Below are positions 18,555 through 28,601 of a stretch of 64,000 bases of DNA, one piece after another (the first letter of the stretch is position 1; every line of letters starts with the position of its first letter). The position numbers and the translations under genes were made by a program. This stretch comes from a virus (lineage: Duplodnaviria > Caudoviricetes), in the IMG/VR virus record IMGVR_UViG_3300022074_005559. The stretch is one strand, 5' to 3'. The notes beneath the pieces were generated by a model, which was not told the origin of the DNA, made no database searches, and saw nothing but the letters and a program-made list of their open reading frames with translations.

Positions 18555-18819
18555 AGCACTACTTAAGACGCTGGTAGAACGTAATCTAGTAAATGAAAAT
18601 ACTGTGGTCTATGCTAATGTAAAAACAGTAGGACTAGGTGGAACACCTACAGTGATTAAAAAGGATGTATATTACAGTGCAGACATGCCAGCAGCAGCTA
18701 TTGTTGACATTGAAGGAATGGAACCTGTGCGTTTTGCAAAAGCATACAACATTAAACCAGACGGGTCTTACAAGGAACAAAAGAAACGTGGACGTAAGTC
18801 TAAAGCAGAGTTGGCATAA
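18544..18819 (+). CDS. Hypothetical protein, basic C-terminus
   Basis: 91 aa; ends KKRGRKSKAELA. Confidence 0.6.
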   Translation: MMTEALLKTLVERNLVNENTVVYANVKTVGLGGTPTVIKKDVYYSADMPAAAIVDIEGMEPVRFAKAYNIKPDGSYKEQKKRGRKSKAELA

Positions 18820-18822
18820 ATA
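18815..18822 (+). promoter_or_regulatory. T4-like late promoter (CATAAATA)
   Basis: TAAATA core 28 nt upstream of 18851. Confidence 0.5.
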
Positions 18823-18850
18823 TACTATATATTATTTAGGAGACTAACAA

Positions 18851-19225
18851 ATGGCAGTCGTAACAAGAGTTAATCCAACAGTAGGAACTGGTTTAGAGTT
18901 TTTTATTGGCAAACCTTGCACATTTTTAGAAGTAGATTTTGGTGCCGCAGTCAATGCTAAGACAGGGCCAGAGTCTACAATCGCTAAAGTGATTGAGCAG
19001 ATCGCAGACAGTTGCGAGATCCTTGTAAAAGGTGATCTTGTACAAACAAATCAAGTGATGATGTTTATGGTTGCACACGGCAACGAATCAGACACATATG
19101 ATGGCACAAACAGTGAAACACTAGCACAGCACATTGAAGATAAGATTCAAGGCTTAGGTACCGTTGACAGTATTAACCTTGCAAGTGCAGCTTGTATTGT
19201 TAAAGCATCAATGAACTTTGCATAA
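18851..19225 (+). CDS. Probable virion structural protein
   Basis: AGGAG SD, late promoter, small Ala/Thr/Gly-rich protein. Confidence 0.55.
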   Translation: MAVVTRVNPTVGTGLEFFIGKPCTFLEVDFGAAVNAKTGPESTIAKVIEQIADSCEILVKGDLVQTNQVMMFMVAHGNESDTYDGTNSETLAQHIEDKIQGLGTVDSINLASAACIVKASMNFA

Positions 19226-19234
19226 GGAATAAAA

Positions 19235-19399
19235 ATGGCTAAACTCAATGAACAAATGTTAGTTATTAAAGTAAGTGAATTACTTAAAGACAATCAAGAA
19301 GCAAATCCTCCTCTTGATCCAGAAGTTCTTGCACAGTTAGAAGCAGTTATTGGCGAACTAGCAGGACCAGGTAAAGTAGTAGAACTTATTCAGGAATAA
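19235..19399 (+). CDS. Small hypothetical protein (54 aa, not in ORF track)
   Basis: AAGGA SD; MAKLNEQMLVIKVSELLKDNQEANPPLDPEVLAQLEAVIGELAGPGKVVELIQE. Confidence 0.6.
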   Translation: MAKLNEQMLVIKVSELLKDNQEANPPLDPEVLAQLEAVIGELAGPGKVVELIQE

Positions 19400-19401
19400 C
19401 T

Positions 19402-19776
19402 ATGCCAGCAACAACCAGCACCACATTACTAGTAACAACAGCCTTTGGCACAAGCGCAGGCAACTATGATGGCAGTAGTCTAGCATTTAACGGTGACAAA
19501 GTAAAAGGTGATGGTTACTATGGCTTTAGTGACGGAGTACACACAGTACAAACTCGTGTAACCTCACTTATTGGCACAGTAAAAATACAAGGCACACTTG
19601 CAAAAGATCCTGCTAACACAGACTGGGTTGACATTGCAAGTGTAGTAACCAGCGACGGCAGTACAGCAATCACCAACAGTTACTTGAATAACTTTACAGG
19701 TAACTTTGTTTGGATTCGCATTGCAGTAGAAGATTTTACTGCCGGTAGTATAAACAACATCTTTATGGCGCACTAA
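19402..19776 (+). CDS. Probable virion structural beta-sandwich protein
   Basis: KVKGDGYYGFSDGVHTVQ..FTGNFVWIR; Thr/Ser/Gly rich. Confidence 0.55.
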   Translation: MPATTSTTLLVTTAFGTSAGNYDGSSLAFNGDKVKGDGYYGFSDGVHTVQTRVTSLIGTVKIQGTLAKDPANTDWVDIASVVTSDGSTAITNSYLNNFTGNFVWIRIAVEDFTAGSINNIFMAH

Positions 19777-20030
19777 TGAGTTATATTCGTTTCACAGCAC
19801 CAAGTCTAAGTGAACAGCAAATGGAAACTATTGCTGCCGCTGTGGATATGTTCTGTGAAACTGTGTGCATGGAAGATGACGATAACGATGCCACATACTA
19901 TCAAACTGAACTTGGCGAAAGCATTGAGTTTAGTGTAGTAGAAGATTTAGATGAGCGTGTTGTAGAAGCAATAATAGACAGTGTTGCTCAGCACGTTGAA
20001 GATTTTGAAGTAGAAGCAACCGGTCAATAA
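19776..20030 (+). CDS. Small acidic hypothetical protein
   Basis: 84 aa, very D/E rich. Confidence 0.55.
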   Translation: MSYIRFTAPSLSEQQMETIAAAVDMFCETVCMEDDDNDATYYQTELGESIEFSVVEDLDERVVEAIIDSVAQHVEDFEVEATGQ

Positions 20031-20042
20031 GGACCAGTATCA

Positions 20043-21248
20043 ATGATAATATGGCTGTTCGACAGGAAGAACCAGCATGGTTTTCTTCCTAATCTAGTTA
20101 AAGACGAAACACTAGAACCAAACACAAAGGCTTGGTGGGATTTATGCATCGAGCCTCCGTATAGTTACGAGTTTCGTTTCCTAAAATATTGTAAACTAGA
20201 CAAGGTCGCACAGAACTGCACACTGGTAAACGATTATATAACAGGCACAGCCAGTGCATATTACCCCGTTAACATAAACTTTTTTGATCCAGAGATTGAT
20301 TACATTCAACTCATGGATGTGCATAGTTTAGCGAGATTGAAGCAAGGTGATTTTAAACTATTGTTCTATTACAGCGAAGGCGACAGAGCAGAAGAAATCA
20401 CTACAAGTTTAGAACGTATGTGTAGACAGCACAATATTAACATGAATAATATAAAGTTTGTTACAGCAAACTACAAACTAAACAAAGTTGCACCTTTCGT
20501 ATACTTTCCAGACGATGAACTATACTATAGATATTTGCATATTTTAGAGAACAAGTTTGTTAAAAAACAAAACATGCAAAATAGAAATAAAAAGTTTACA
20601 TGTTTGATTCGTGCAGATAAACTATGGCGTAGAATCTACGCAAGTTTTTTATTCCAACTAGATATGGTTAAACAAGGATATTTTAGCTATACAGGTTACA
20701 AATATGAAACAAGCCATAAAGGTCTGAATGATTTGTCTTTATGGGATGACTATGATGACACTCTTGTGTCGGATACACTAGCATTTGAAATGCACATGCC
20801 TTTTCGTTGCGATGCACTATCCGATAACGAGCACAATGATCATAAACTAATAAATCAAGATTACTTTCAAGATGCATATTGGAACTTTGTGGTAGAGACA
20901 CACTTTGACAACGAAACAATCTTCTTGACAGAAAAGACATTTAAGCCTATACTTAACTTACAACCATTTGTACTAATAGGCAATCCTGGAAGTTTAGGAC
21001 TGTTGCACAAACTAGGCTATAAAACATTCAGTGAAGTTATTAAAGAAGACTACGATAAAGAACAAGATCATAGAGAGCGCATGAGTACATTGCTTAAAAT
21101 AAGTTTTGACATTACTGCGCTCACAGACAAACACCATAAACGCATACAGCAAATAATCAGCGATGCACTGCACCACAATCAGCAACATTTTCTTGCACCT
21201 AAAGTGAATCGCATTAATGGATTGCTGAGACAACTGGAGTACACATGA
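20043..21248 (+). CDS. Putative glycosyltransferase-fold protein
   Basis: WNFVVET..FLTEKTFKPI..QPFVLIG..LGYKTF, a GT-B-like C-terminus recurrent in aquatic phages. Confidence 0.45.
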   Translation: MIIWLFDRKNQHGFLPNLVKDETLEPNTKAWWDLCIEPPYSYEFRFLKYCKLDKVAQNCTLVNDYITGTASAYYPVNINFFDPEIDYIQLMDVHSLARLKQGDFKLLFYYSEGDRAEEITTSLERMCRQHNINMNNIKFVTANYKLNKVAPFVYFPDDELYYRYLHILENKFVKKQNMQNRNKKFTCLIRADKLWRRIYASFLFQLDMVKQGYFSYTGYKYETSHKGLNDLSLWDDYDDTLVSDTLAFEMHMPFRCDALSDNEHNDHKLINQDYFQDAYWNFVVETHFDNETIFLTEKTFKPILNLQPFVLIGNPGSLGLLHKLGYKTFSEVIKEDYDKEQDHRERMSTLLKISFDITALTDKHHKRIQQIISDALHHNQQHFLAPKVNRINGLLRQLEYT

Positions 21249-21910
21249 CCAAAATACATTTTATGACGCCTTGTTATGGCGGACAAATCACAGAGGTATG
21301 TTTTAGCAGTTATTTGCAATGGACAATACTTGCAATGCAAAACGGTTTGGACTTTCAACTTGATACACTGAGCAATGAAAGCAACGTTAACAGAGCCCGC
21401 AACAGTTGTGCGGCAAAGTTTCTAGCAGGTGATGCTACACATCTTATGTTTGTGGATGCTGACATACAGTTTAGAGCAGAGGACATTAACAAACTCGTGT
21501 CGCACGACAAAGAAATAGTAGGTGGCATCTATCCTCAAAAAACACTGCCGCCTAAAATGGTTGTGAACACACTAGACAATGGTAAACGTGAAGGTGATCT
21601 AGTAGAAGTAGGCACACTGGGTACTGGTTTTATGCTAATAAAACGTGTTGTGTTTCAAGCAATGATTGAAGAAGGCGCACAAAAGTACACAGACGCTATT
21701 GGTTTAAGCAGTGTTGAAAACGATAACCAATATGACTTCTTTAACTGCACAATAGACAGCAACGGCAGATACTTAACAGAAGACTGGAGTTTTTGTAGAC
21801 GCTGGAGACAAATTGGTGGACAGATATGGGCTGATATAACTATACCTTTAGTGCATGTTGGATATCACAGATTTTATCCAGACATGGAGCAAATAAATGG
21901 AAGCAGTTAA
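21245..21910 (+). CDS. GT-A fold glycosyltransferase
   Basis: TPCYGG, RARN, HLMFVDADI (DxD), LTEDWSFC. Confidence 0.75.
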   Translation: MTKIHFMTPCYGGQITEVCFSSYLQWTILAMQNGLDFQLDTLSNESNVNRARNSCAAKFLAGDATHLMFVDADIQFRAEDINKLVSHDKEIVGGIYPQKTLPPKMVVNTLDNGKREGDLVEVGTLGTGFMLIKRVVFQAMIEEGAQKYTDAIGLSSVENDNQYDFFNCTIDSNGRYLTEDWSFCRRWRQIGGQIWADITIPLVHVGYHRFYPDMEQINGSS

Positions 21911-22349
21911 AATACGCATAGACTTAGGCGTCACTACACATGATGCAGTAAAAGAACATCCTTTTGTTAACATCAGCATCAATGGCTTTCCGCAGTTTGG
22001 AGAAATCATCAGCGAAGATACAACTGTTGAGATTGATATGAAAATCGAAAATGACACAGATAACTTCCTAACTGTAGAGTATCACAACAAAGATCCTGAG
22101 CATGATGTAGTACTAGCAGAAGATGGTACTCCTGAACTTGACAAACGTGTAGAAATCAGAGGCATTAGTTTTGATGATATTGCATTGGACTTTTGGGCAT
22201 TCGACGAGGAGAGTACATTGAGCTATGAAAGTTTCGATCCGCAAGGAGAAAATGCGGAAGGATTCCATGCCAGCAAGCTCAGTTGGAATGGACGTACTAC
22301 ATTAAAGTTCTCAACCCCCGTTTATATTTGGCTATTGGAAAATCTTTAA
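21897..22349 (+). CDS. Hypothetical acidic beta-rich protein
   Basis: 150 aa ORF. Confidence 0.55.
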   Translation: MEAVKIRIDLGVTTHDAVKEHPFVNISINGFPQFGEIISEDTTVEIDMKIENDTDNFLTVEYHNKDPEHDVVLAEDGTPELDKRVEIRGISFDDIALDFWAFDEESTLSYESFDPQGENAEGFHASKLSWNGRTTLKFSTPVYIWLLENL

Positions 22350-22351
22350 TC

Positions 22352-22359
22352 GATAAATA
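22352..22359 (+). promoter_or_regulatory. T4-like late promoter (GATAAATA)
   Basis: Octamer 22 nt upstream of 22382. Confidence 0.55.
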
Positions 22360-22381
22360 CACTGTGTTTAGGGATTAAAGA

Positions 22382-24271
22382 ATGAAAACAGTAGTAATCT
22401 ATCCGGGGCGTTTTCACCCGTTCCATAAAGGTCATGCAAGTGTATACAACACTCTTGTCAATAAGTTTGGCAAGGATAGTGTTTATATTGCTACCAGTAA
22501 CAAAATAGATCCCCCTAAATCACCATTCAGTTTTACTGAAAAGCGAGACATGATGGCACTGACCGGTGTTGATCCAAGACGTGTTGTCCAGGTTGTCATG
22601 CCTTACATTGCCAAAGAAATCACTGACAGTTACGACCCCGATAACACAATCTTACTGTTTGCTGTGAGTGATAAGGACATGGCAGAAGATCCTCGCTTTC
22701 AATTTAAGCCTAAGAAAGACGGCTCGCCAAGTTACTATCAGCCAGCACAAAAGAATATGCGTCCGTTTAAGGAGCATGGTTACATCATTACTGTGCCTAC
22801 ACTACAGTTTAACGTACTAGGAAAGCCAATGCAAAGTGCAAGTGAGTTCCGTGCAAACTTTGCTGGTGCAGATAGCGAAACACAAAAAGCCATGATGACT
22901 GACTTATTTGGCAAATATGATAAACGCATACATGACATAATGTCAGCAAAAATCAGCGAACAGTTGATTCGTGCAGACAGTATACTGGAACAACTGATAG
23001 AACTAGGAGCAGACGACAAGTACATAGTAGAGGCTTGTCAGAGAATGGATATGTTAAAAAACAAAGTATTAAAAGAAGGTAGACGTCAAAGTTTATACCA
23101 AGCAATCATGGAAGGTGGACATAGTTTGCCTGTCAACGAAGCAGAACTTGCTTGCCCAGTTGCAGCAGGAGACTTGGCAGTAAACACTGAGAACAGAGAC
23201 AGAACCATAAAGCAGTTTAACTATGGTCCTCTAAATGTTGATGTACCAGGTGATTACTGGGAAAAAATTGCAGACTATTGGGACACGACAGAACAAGCGG
23301 CAAAGGCTAGTAACTGCGGTAACTGTGTAGCGTTTGATATTAGTGAGCGTATGAAAGATTGTTTGCCCGGTGATACATTTGATGATGATGGTGAACTAGG
23401 CTATTGTTGGATGCATCACTTCAAGTGTCACAGTGCAAGAAGTTGTCATACTTGGGCTAAAGGTGGTCCTATTAAAACTGAAAAAGAAAGTGCAGAGTGG
23501 CAAGGCAAAGCATTTGGCGTTAAAGAAGAAATCACAGACTTTAACAAAGAAGATCCAATGAACAGTGTTGTTGCTATTCGTGGCATTGGCACCATGCGCA
23601 TTGACCAAGCACTGGATAAGATTGCAGACATGCTTACTAAAATGGCAGAGATTGCAAGAAATAAAGATGCTCGTGGCGTGCAAACAAACATGGATTACTA
23701 TATGGAACTACTGAACACTTATATTCCAAGTGTACAGGAAGCATATCGTGAACTTGCTAAACAACGCAAGCGTGGCGGCACAGCAAGCCGCGGTATTGAC
23801 AAAGACATAGAAGAAGATAGTGATCGCTGGGACAGATATTTTAGTAGAGGCAAGTATGCAGATCCTGTCACTAGATATCTAGGTAGGGACAAAGATGATG
23901 ATTATGTTATCAAACAAATATCTCCAAGTACAGGCGGTAAGAAAAAAGGAAGCAGACCTCCTTTAGACTTTGACTATTTTGGTGATGTTACCGAGCATTG
24001 CGGTGATCCAATGGCGCCTGAACATGAGAAAGGTCGTGTGCTGCTAATGAAACTTTATACAAAAGAAATGGAGTGCAATCCAGGTAGCCCAGAGCACGTT
24101 GAACTACTGGGTATGATCAACGGTGTGCGGAAGAACATTGGACTAGACGAAAATATGTTTACTGACTTTGCTAAGAGTGTAGGCAGTGCAATAGCAAAGC
24201 CTGTAAAAGCAGTTGTAAATAAAACTGTAAAAGATTTTAAGAATCGTCCAAAACAATTTGGTAAAAAATAA
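22382..24271 (+). CDS. Multidomain protein: HxGH cytidylyltransferase-like nucleotidyltransferase plus Cys/His-rich module
   Basis: YPGRFHPFHKGH, SASEFR; NCGNCVAFD..GYCWMHHFKCHSARSCHTW. Confidence 0.7.
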   Translation: MKTVVIYPGRFHPFHKGHASVYNTLVNKFGKDSVYIATSNKIDPPKSPFSFTEKRDMMALTGVDPRRVVQVVMPYIAKEITDSYDPDNTILLFAVSDKDMAEDPRFQFKPKKDGSPSYYQPAQKNMRPFKEHGYIITVPTLQFNVLGKPMQSASEFRANFAGADSETQKAMMTDLFGKYDKRIHDIMSAKISEQLIRADSILEQLIELGADDKYIVEACQRMDMLKNKVLKEGRRQSLYQAIMEGGHSLPVNEAELACPVAAGDLAVNTENRDRTIKQFNYGPLNVDVPGDYWEKIADYWDTTEQAAKASNCGNCVAFDISERMKDCLPGDTFDDDGELGYCWMHHFKCHSARSCHTWAKGGPIKTEKESAEWQGKAFGVKEEITDFNKEDPMNSVVAIRGIGTMRIDQALDKIADMLTKMAEIARNKDARGVQTNMDYYMELLNTYIPSVQEAYRELAKQRKRGGTASRGIDKDIEEDSDRWDRYFSRGKYADPVTRYLGRDKDDDYVIKQISPSTGGKKKGSRPPLDFDYFGDVTEHCGDPMAPEHEKGRVLLMKLYTKEMECNPGSPEHVELLGMINGVRKNIGLDENMFTDFAKSVGSAIAKPVKAVVNKTVKDFKNRPKQFGKK

Positions 24272-24885
24272 TGCTTCTTCATAGTATACAAAAAAATAGT
24301 GTGTTCACTGAACAAGAAATACACAGCCTAGAATCTAGTATTGTAGATGTTTGCACTACTAGTGAGTACGTTGCAGATGGCAAAGTCTACAACAAAAAAT
24401 ATGGCTGGGATTACTATGATGATTCTAACAAATGCATAAGAGATATACTAGATCCACATTTGCCACAAGGCACAAAGATTACACAAAGTCATATACTGGA
24501 AAGTTTTTATCCATTTGAACTACACACTGATGTAAATCACACAGGTGACAAAACCGCTAGTCAGTATACAGTCATTATTCCATTGGATGATTACAACAGT
24601 CAAACATTTGTATTCAACGAATATAGCACAGGCACCAATGAGTTTGAAGACTTTAAAGCACAGTACACAGGAGAACTTAAACTTAGAATCCCACGTGAAC
24701 TAGTGCTAACACTAACACATTTACATCCAAAAGACTTGATGTATCTAAGTTTGAAAGAAACATTTAACTGGGACAAAGGCAGTATGTTTGCATTTGATAG
24801 AAAGTACTATCATTGCAGTGACAACTATATTAGAGCAGGTGAAACCAGTAAACGTGCAATACTATTATGGACAGTTGAACAATGA
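24271..24885 (+). CDS. Fe(II)/2OG oxygenase-like protein
   Basis: LHTD (HxD), YTVIIPLD, FDRKYYHCS. Confidence 0.55.
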   Translation: MLLHSIQKNSVFTEQEIHSLESSIVDVCTTSEYVADGKVYNKKYGWDYYDDSNKCIRDILDPHLPQGTKITQSHILESFYPFELHTDVNHTGDKTASQYTVIIPLDDYNSQTFVFNEYSTGTNEFEDFKAQYTGELKLRIPRELVLTLTHLHPKDLMYLSLKETFNWDKGSMFAFDRKYYHCSDNYIRAGETSKRAILLWTVEQ

Positions 24886-27800
24886 AGTTAGATGAGTTCG
24901 GTGTAGGAAAAATAACTGCACAAAATACTACCCAAGACGTAAAGCCTGGGCAAACTGAAAAGGAAGCCAAGAAGTTCTTTGGCGGCAATGGCAAGCCAAA
25001 ACTGTTACACAAAACAGCCGCAAAGAACAGTGATCCAAACACACTAATGAACTTAGGCATTGGCGAAAGTGTAGAAACACTGCCACTGCTAGAAAGAAGC
25101 ATGCTGGATAAAGTACTGCAATCTATTGCTCCTAAAATGAAACCACAGCAATACGAAAAAGCTGCACAAGTACTGCATGATGTACTAGTACGCAAAAGCA
25201 GAGAAGGAAGCCTAAGACACTCACTTGGATACTATGCTCAACGTGTAGGCAGATCATTTGCCGGCATTGACTACAGAGCACTTGCTGATTACTATGCAGA
25301 GACATATGGCACAGAAGGCATAACTGAAGCAGAAGAAGTTATTCCTATGCTTTATCACGCAACATACAAACCCTTCTTAGATAGTATTATGAAAAACGGA
25401 CTGGGTGGTAAAGGCGCACAAACACAGTGGGAAGATAGTAAGCCTGGTTATGTATACCTTGCTAAAGATCCAGAAGTTGCTGTCAGTCATGCAGAAGCAA
25501 ACGAAGAAGTGTCAGATGAATACATTGACAACATTGTTGTGTTGAGTATTGATGCTAGTCAACTAGACCAGGACAACCTAGAAGATGATCCAAATGTAAT
25601 GGATGACGATAGTACACTGGCATACAAAGGCATTATTCCTACAAGTGCTTTCAGTATTATGGAAGCAAATACTCCAAGAATGGCGCCTGGAGCAACGCTT
25701 GTAAGTCGTCCTCATATGACTGGACTAGAAGATCCAAATGCTCCTGCTCCTAAAGGTGAATTAAAAATAGTTACCAAAGCATACAGAGATATGTATAACA
25801 AAGCATTAGATAAACAAAACAGAGCGGACCAAATCGGTGGCGCTGGTGCTAGTACTATTACAAAAATGAAACCAAAAACATTTAGCAAAGATCTATTACC
25901 AAGCGGATTACCAAACAAAAAACCTAGACCAGTTACAGAACTACGCATTGAAAAGCCAGATCCCAAAGACACACTGGGCGTAAAGCGTAAAGAAATGCCA
26001 CAGATTAAAACTGCCGACTATCCAGAGTTTATTGAATACTTGGAAAACAATGGCGCACGTTTTAGAAGTGAAACTATTCCTGCCGCTGACCTAAAAGCAA
26101 TGCAAAAAGAGTTCAGCGATGCAGGTATACTCAAGCAACTGGAAAAGAATCTACGTGATGGACCAAACACTAAAGCAGTTATTGCCAGCAGTGATGACTA
26201 CATCCTAGACGGGCATCATCGTTGGCTTGTGGCATTGAATACAGGCTCAGACTTGAATGTATATCGTGTTAATATGCCAGCATGGAAACTATACGATTTA
26301 GTTAATGATTTTGAAAAGACTTACTACAAAGACATATACGATGAAGGTGCTCCTAGTATTGGCGTACCAATGGCAAGCGGACTAGTTGTAAGTATATTTC
26401 CACATCGTCCACTTAAGATTAAAAAGTCTACACCAGGTAAACTTAACTACGATGAATCTGCTGTGCAGGATGAACCTAGCCCAGAAGAAAAAAGATCTCA
26501 AGAACTAAGATATAATAGATGGAAACTTGAACAACTAAAGCGTGACATACAACAGATGAAAGATGAGTACAAGCGCAAATATCCAAAAATGAATCAAGAT
26601 CCTCCAGGCGGCATCTGGATGGACAGAGAAGAATATGAAAAGCGCAAACAGCGTTTTAGAAAAAGCGTAGATGATCCCGATGCACCGTTTGCACTTACAA
26701 TGCGTGAAGACCTTACTCAAGCAGACATAAACCAACTAGAAGTTTTTGCAGACAAACTGTTTGCTAAAGTTGGTATTGACGTAGAGTTTACACGCCACTT
26801 TCTAGATAGAGTCAACGATGAAAGAAACAAGAAACCGATTACTATGGCTGAACTTACTAGACTGTTTAAACAAGAGTTTAAGCGTTACGGTAAGCCTATT
26901 GCACAAATGGGTCCTGGGCAAGAAGCAGTAATGAAAGACTTGCAAACAGATATTAACTTGCCGTTTGCACTACAGTATGATAGAGCTAACAACGAGCTAG
27001 ACTTGATTGCTAAAACTGTTATGCGTAAAAAAGATTTTAAAACGCCAGACAGAGAGTTTCCTGTAGAAGGCTGGAGTGCAAAATACAAGAGTAGTATAAA
27101 CTGCAGCGACCCAAAAGGCTTTTCACAAAAGGCTCACTGCGCAGGCAAAAAGAAAAATGAAGATGACAGTTTGGGCAGTCAAATCAACTTTCCTGGATTT
27201 GACAAAAAGCCTAAAGAAAAAGATAAAAAGCCTAAGTATCCTAAAGTTAAAGGCAAAGACAAAAGCATACTAGACAAAATAAAAGGCTGGTTTACTACAG
27301 AAGAACTAGACGAGGATTTGCGTGATTGGTTTAAACAGAAGTGGGTAAACATCGGCAAAAAAGGCAAAGATGGCAAGCATCCTCCTTGTGGTACTAGTGG
27401 CAAGAAAAAAGGTTATGCAAAGTGTGTACCAGCCGCAAAGGCTAAGAAAATGTCTAAGAAAGAAAAGGCAAGTGCAACACGCCGCAAACGTGCTGCTCAG
27501 AACAAAGCGGGCAGAGGCGGCAAGAATAAACCAGGATCAGGAAAAAAGCCAATCCGTGTAAGCACTAAGGCTCGTAAGAAGAAAAGCGAAAGTGTTAACG
27601 AGGCATACTTGTTACAGTTAGAGAATACTCCTGACCAACTTGTGCTGCACATTAAAGATACTAAAACAGGCGAGCGTACAGAAGTGCGTGGCAAGCCTAG
27701 ATATGAAACAGATTATGATAGCGATGACAAACTACATCAGTTACTGGATGTTATTGGCAAAGCAAGCAACATCAGCGAACTAATGAACGGTGAGGTTGTA

Positions 27801-28601
27801 AATGTTAATCCTAAACATCCAGACGGTCCAAAGAGTTATGCAAAACTTGATGATGTAATGGATGAAGATGTTGATCTACAAGAAGGTGTAAACGATCCAC
27901 ACATCTTTAAAGCAGTGTTCCTAGCAGGTGGACCAGGCAGTGGCAAATCATTTGTTGCTAATAACCTATTAGGCGGCACAGGTTTGCGCACAGTGAACAG
28001 TGACGATGTATATGAATACATGATGCAAAAGCAGGGTCTAGATCTCGATCCTGACACTATAGCATCACCCCAGGGCCAAGAGATCCGCAACAATGCAAAA
28101 ACACTTACAGACAACCGTTTGCACACTTACCTTAAAGGTAGAATAGGACTAGTGATTGACGGTACTGGTAAAGACGTTGCTAAGTACCAAAAGCAGTTTG
28201 AAAAACTAGGAGCATTAGGCTACGACAGTATGATGATTTTTGTTAACACAAGCGAAGATGTTGCGCAACAGCGTAACAGTGAAAGAAAAAGAAGTATACC
28301 AGCCAATATGGTAACTAAAATGTGGAACACAGTACAAAACAACTTGATGAAGTTTCAGCAAGTGTTTGGCGCAAGTCGTTTCCACATCATCGACAACAGT
28401 GGAGGATTAGAAGACCTAGATAGAAAAGATAACTTTGATAAAGTTTATAATGAAACGCAAAGATTTTTGAACACTCCGCCTAACAGACGTTCAGCCCAAA
28501 GGTGGATTCAGCAACAACAAAAGGCGCGGACAGATGCAACACAACGTCAACAACAACAACAAACAACATCTTCTAATGGAGCAACTGAGAACAATAACTG
28601 A
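24882..28601 (+). CDS. 1239 aa modular polyprotein (ART-like, ParB/Srx-like, RelE/BECR-like, basic Cys modules, P-loop kinase); probable virion-internal protein
   Basis: LYHAT..GL..YVYLA; YILDGHHRW; VEFTRHFLDRVND; DLRDWFKQKWV..HPPCG; AVFLAGGPGSGKS..VNSD. Confidence 0.7.
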   Translation: MKLDEFGVGKITAQNTTQDVKPGQTEKEAKKFFGGNGKPKLLHKTAAKNSDPNTLMNLGIGESVETLPLLERSMLDKVLQSIAPKMKPQQYEKAAQVLHDVLVRKSREGSLRHSLGYYAQRVGRSFAGIDYRALADYYAETYGTEGITEAEEVIPMLYHATYKPFLDSIMKNGLGGKGAQTQWEDSKPGYVYLAKDPEVAVSHAEANEEVSDEYIDNIVVLSIDASQLDQDNLEDDPNVMDDDSTLAYKGIIPTSAFSIMEANTPRMAPGATLVSRPHMTGLEDPNAPAPKGELKIVTKAYRDMYNKALDKQNRADQIGGAGASTITKMKPKTFSKDLLPSGLPNKKPRPVTELRIEKPDPKDTLGVKRKEMPQIKTADYPEFIEYLENNGARFRSETIPAADLKAMQKEFSDAGILKQLEKNLRDGPNTKAVIASSDDYILDGHHRWLVALNTGSDLNVYRVNMPAWKLYDLVNDFEKTYYKDIYDEGAPSIGVPMASGLVVSIFPHRPLKIKKSTPGKLNYDESAVQDEPSPEEKRSQELRYNRWKLEQLKRDIQQMKDEYKRKYPKMNQDPPGGIWMDREEYEKRKQRFRKSVDDPDAPFALTMREDLTQADINQLEVFADKLFAKVGIDVEFTRHFLDRVNDERNKKPITMAELTRLFKQEFKRYGKPIAQMGPGQEAVMKDLQTDINLPFALQYDRANNELDLIAKTVMRKKDFKTPDREFPVEGWSAKYKSSINCSDPKGFSQKAHCAGKKKNEDDSLGSQINFPGFDKKPKEKDKKPKYPKVKGKDKSILDKIKGWFTTEELDEDLRDWFKQKWVNIGKKGKDGKHPPCGTSGKKKGYAKCVPAAKAKKMSKKEKASATRRKRAAQNKAGRGGKNKPGSGKKPIRVSTKARKKKSESVNEAYLLQLENTPDQLVLHIKDTKTGERTEVRGKPRYETDYDSDDKLHQLLDVIGKASNISELMNGEVVNVNPKHPDGPKSYAKLDDVMDEDVDLQEGVNDPHIFKAVFLAGGPGSGKSFVANNLLGGTGLRTVNSDDVYEYMMQKQGLDLDPDTIASPQGQEIRNNAKTLTDNRLHTYLKGRIGLVIDGTGKDVAKYQKQFEKLGALGYDSMMIFVNTSEDVAQQRNSERKRSIPANMVTKMWNTVQNNLMKFQQVFGASRFHIIDNSGGLEDLDRKDNFDKVYNETQRFLNTPPNRRSAQRWIQQQQKARTDATQRQQQQQTTSSNGATENNN

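Noticed and set aside
28500-28601. CAA-rich run (poly-Gln/Asn) as microsatellite or frameshift site
   Set aside because: Short low-complexity tail overlapping the next gene's start; no slippery heptamer plus downstream structure was evident
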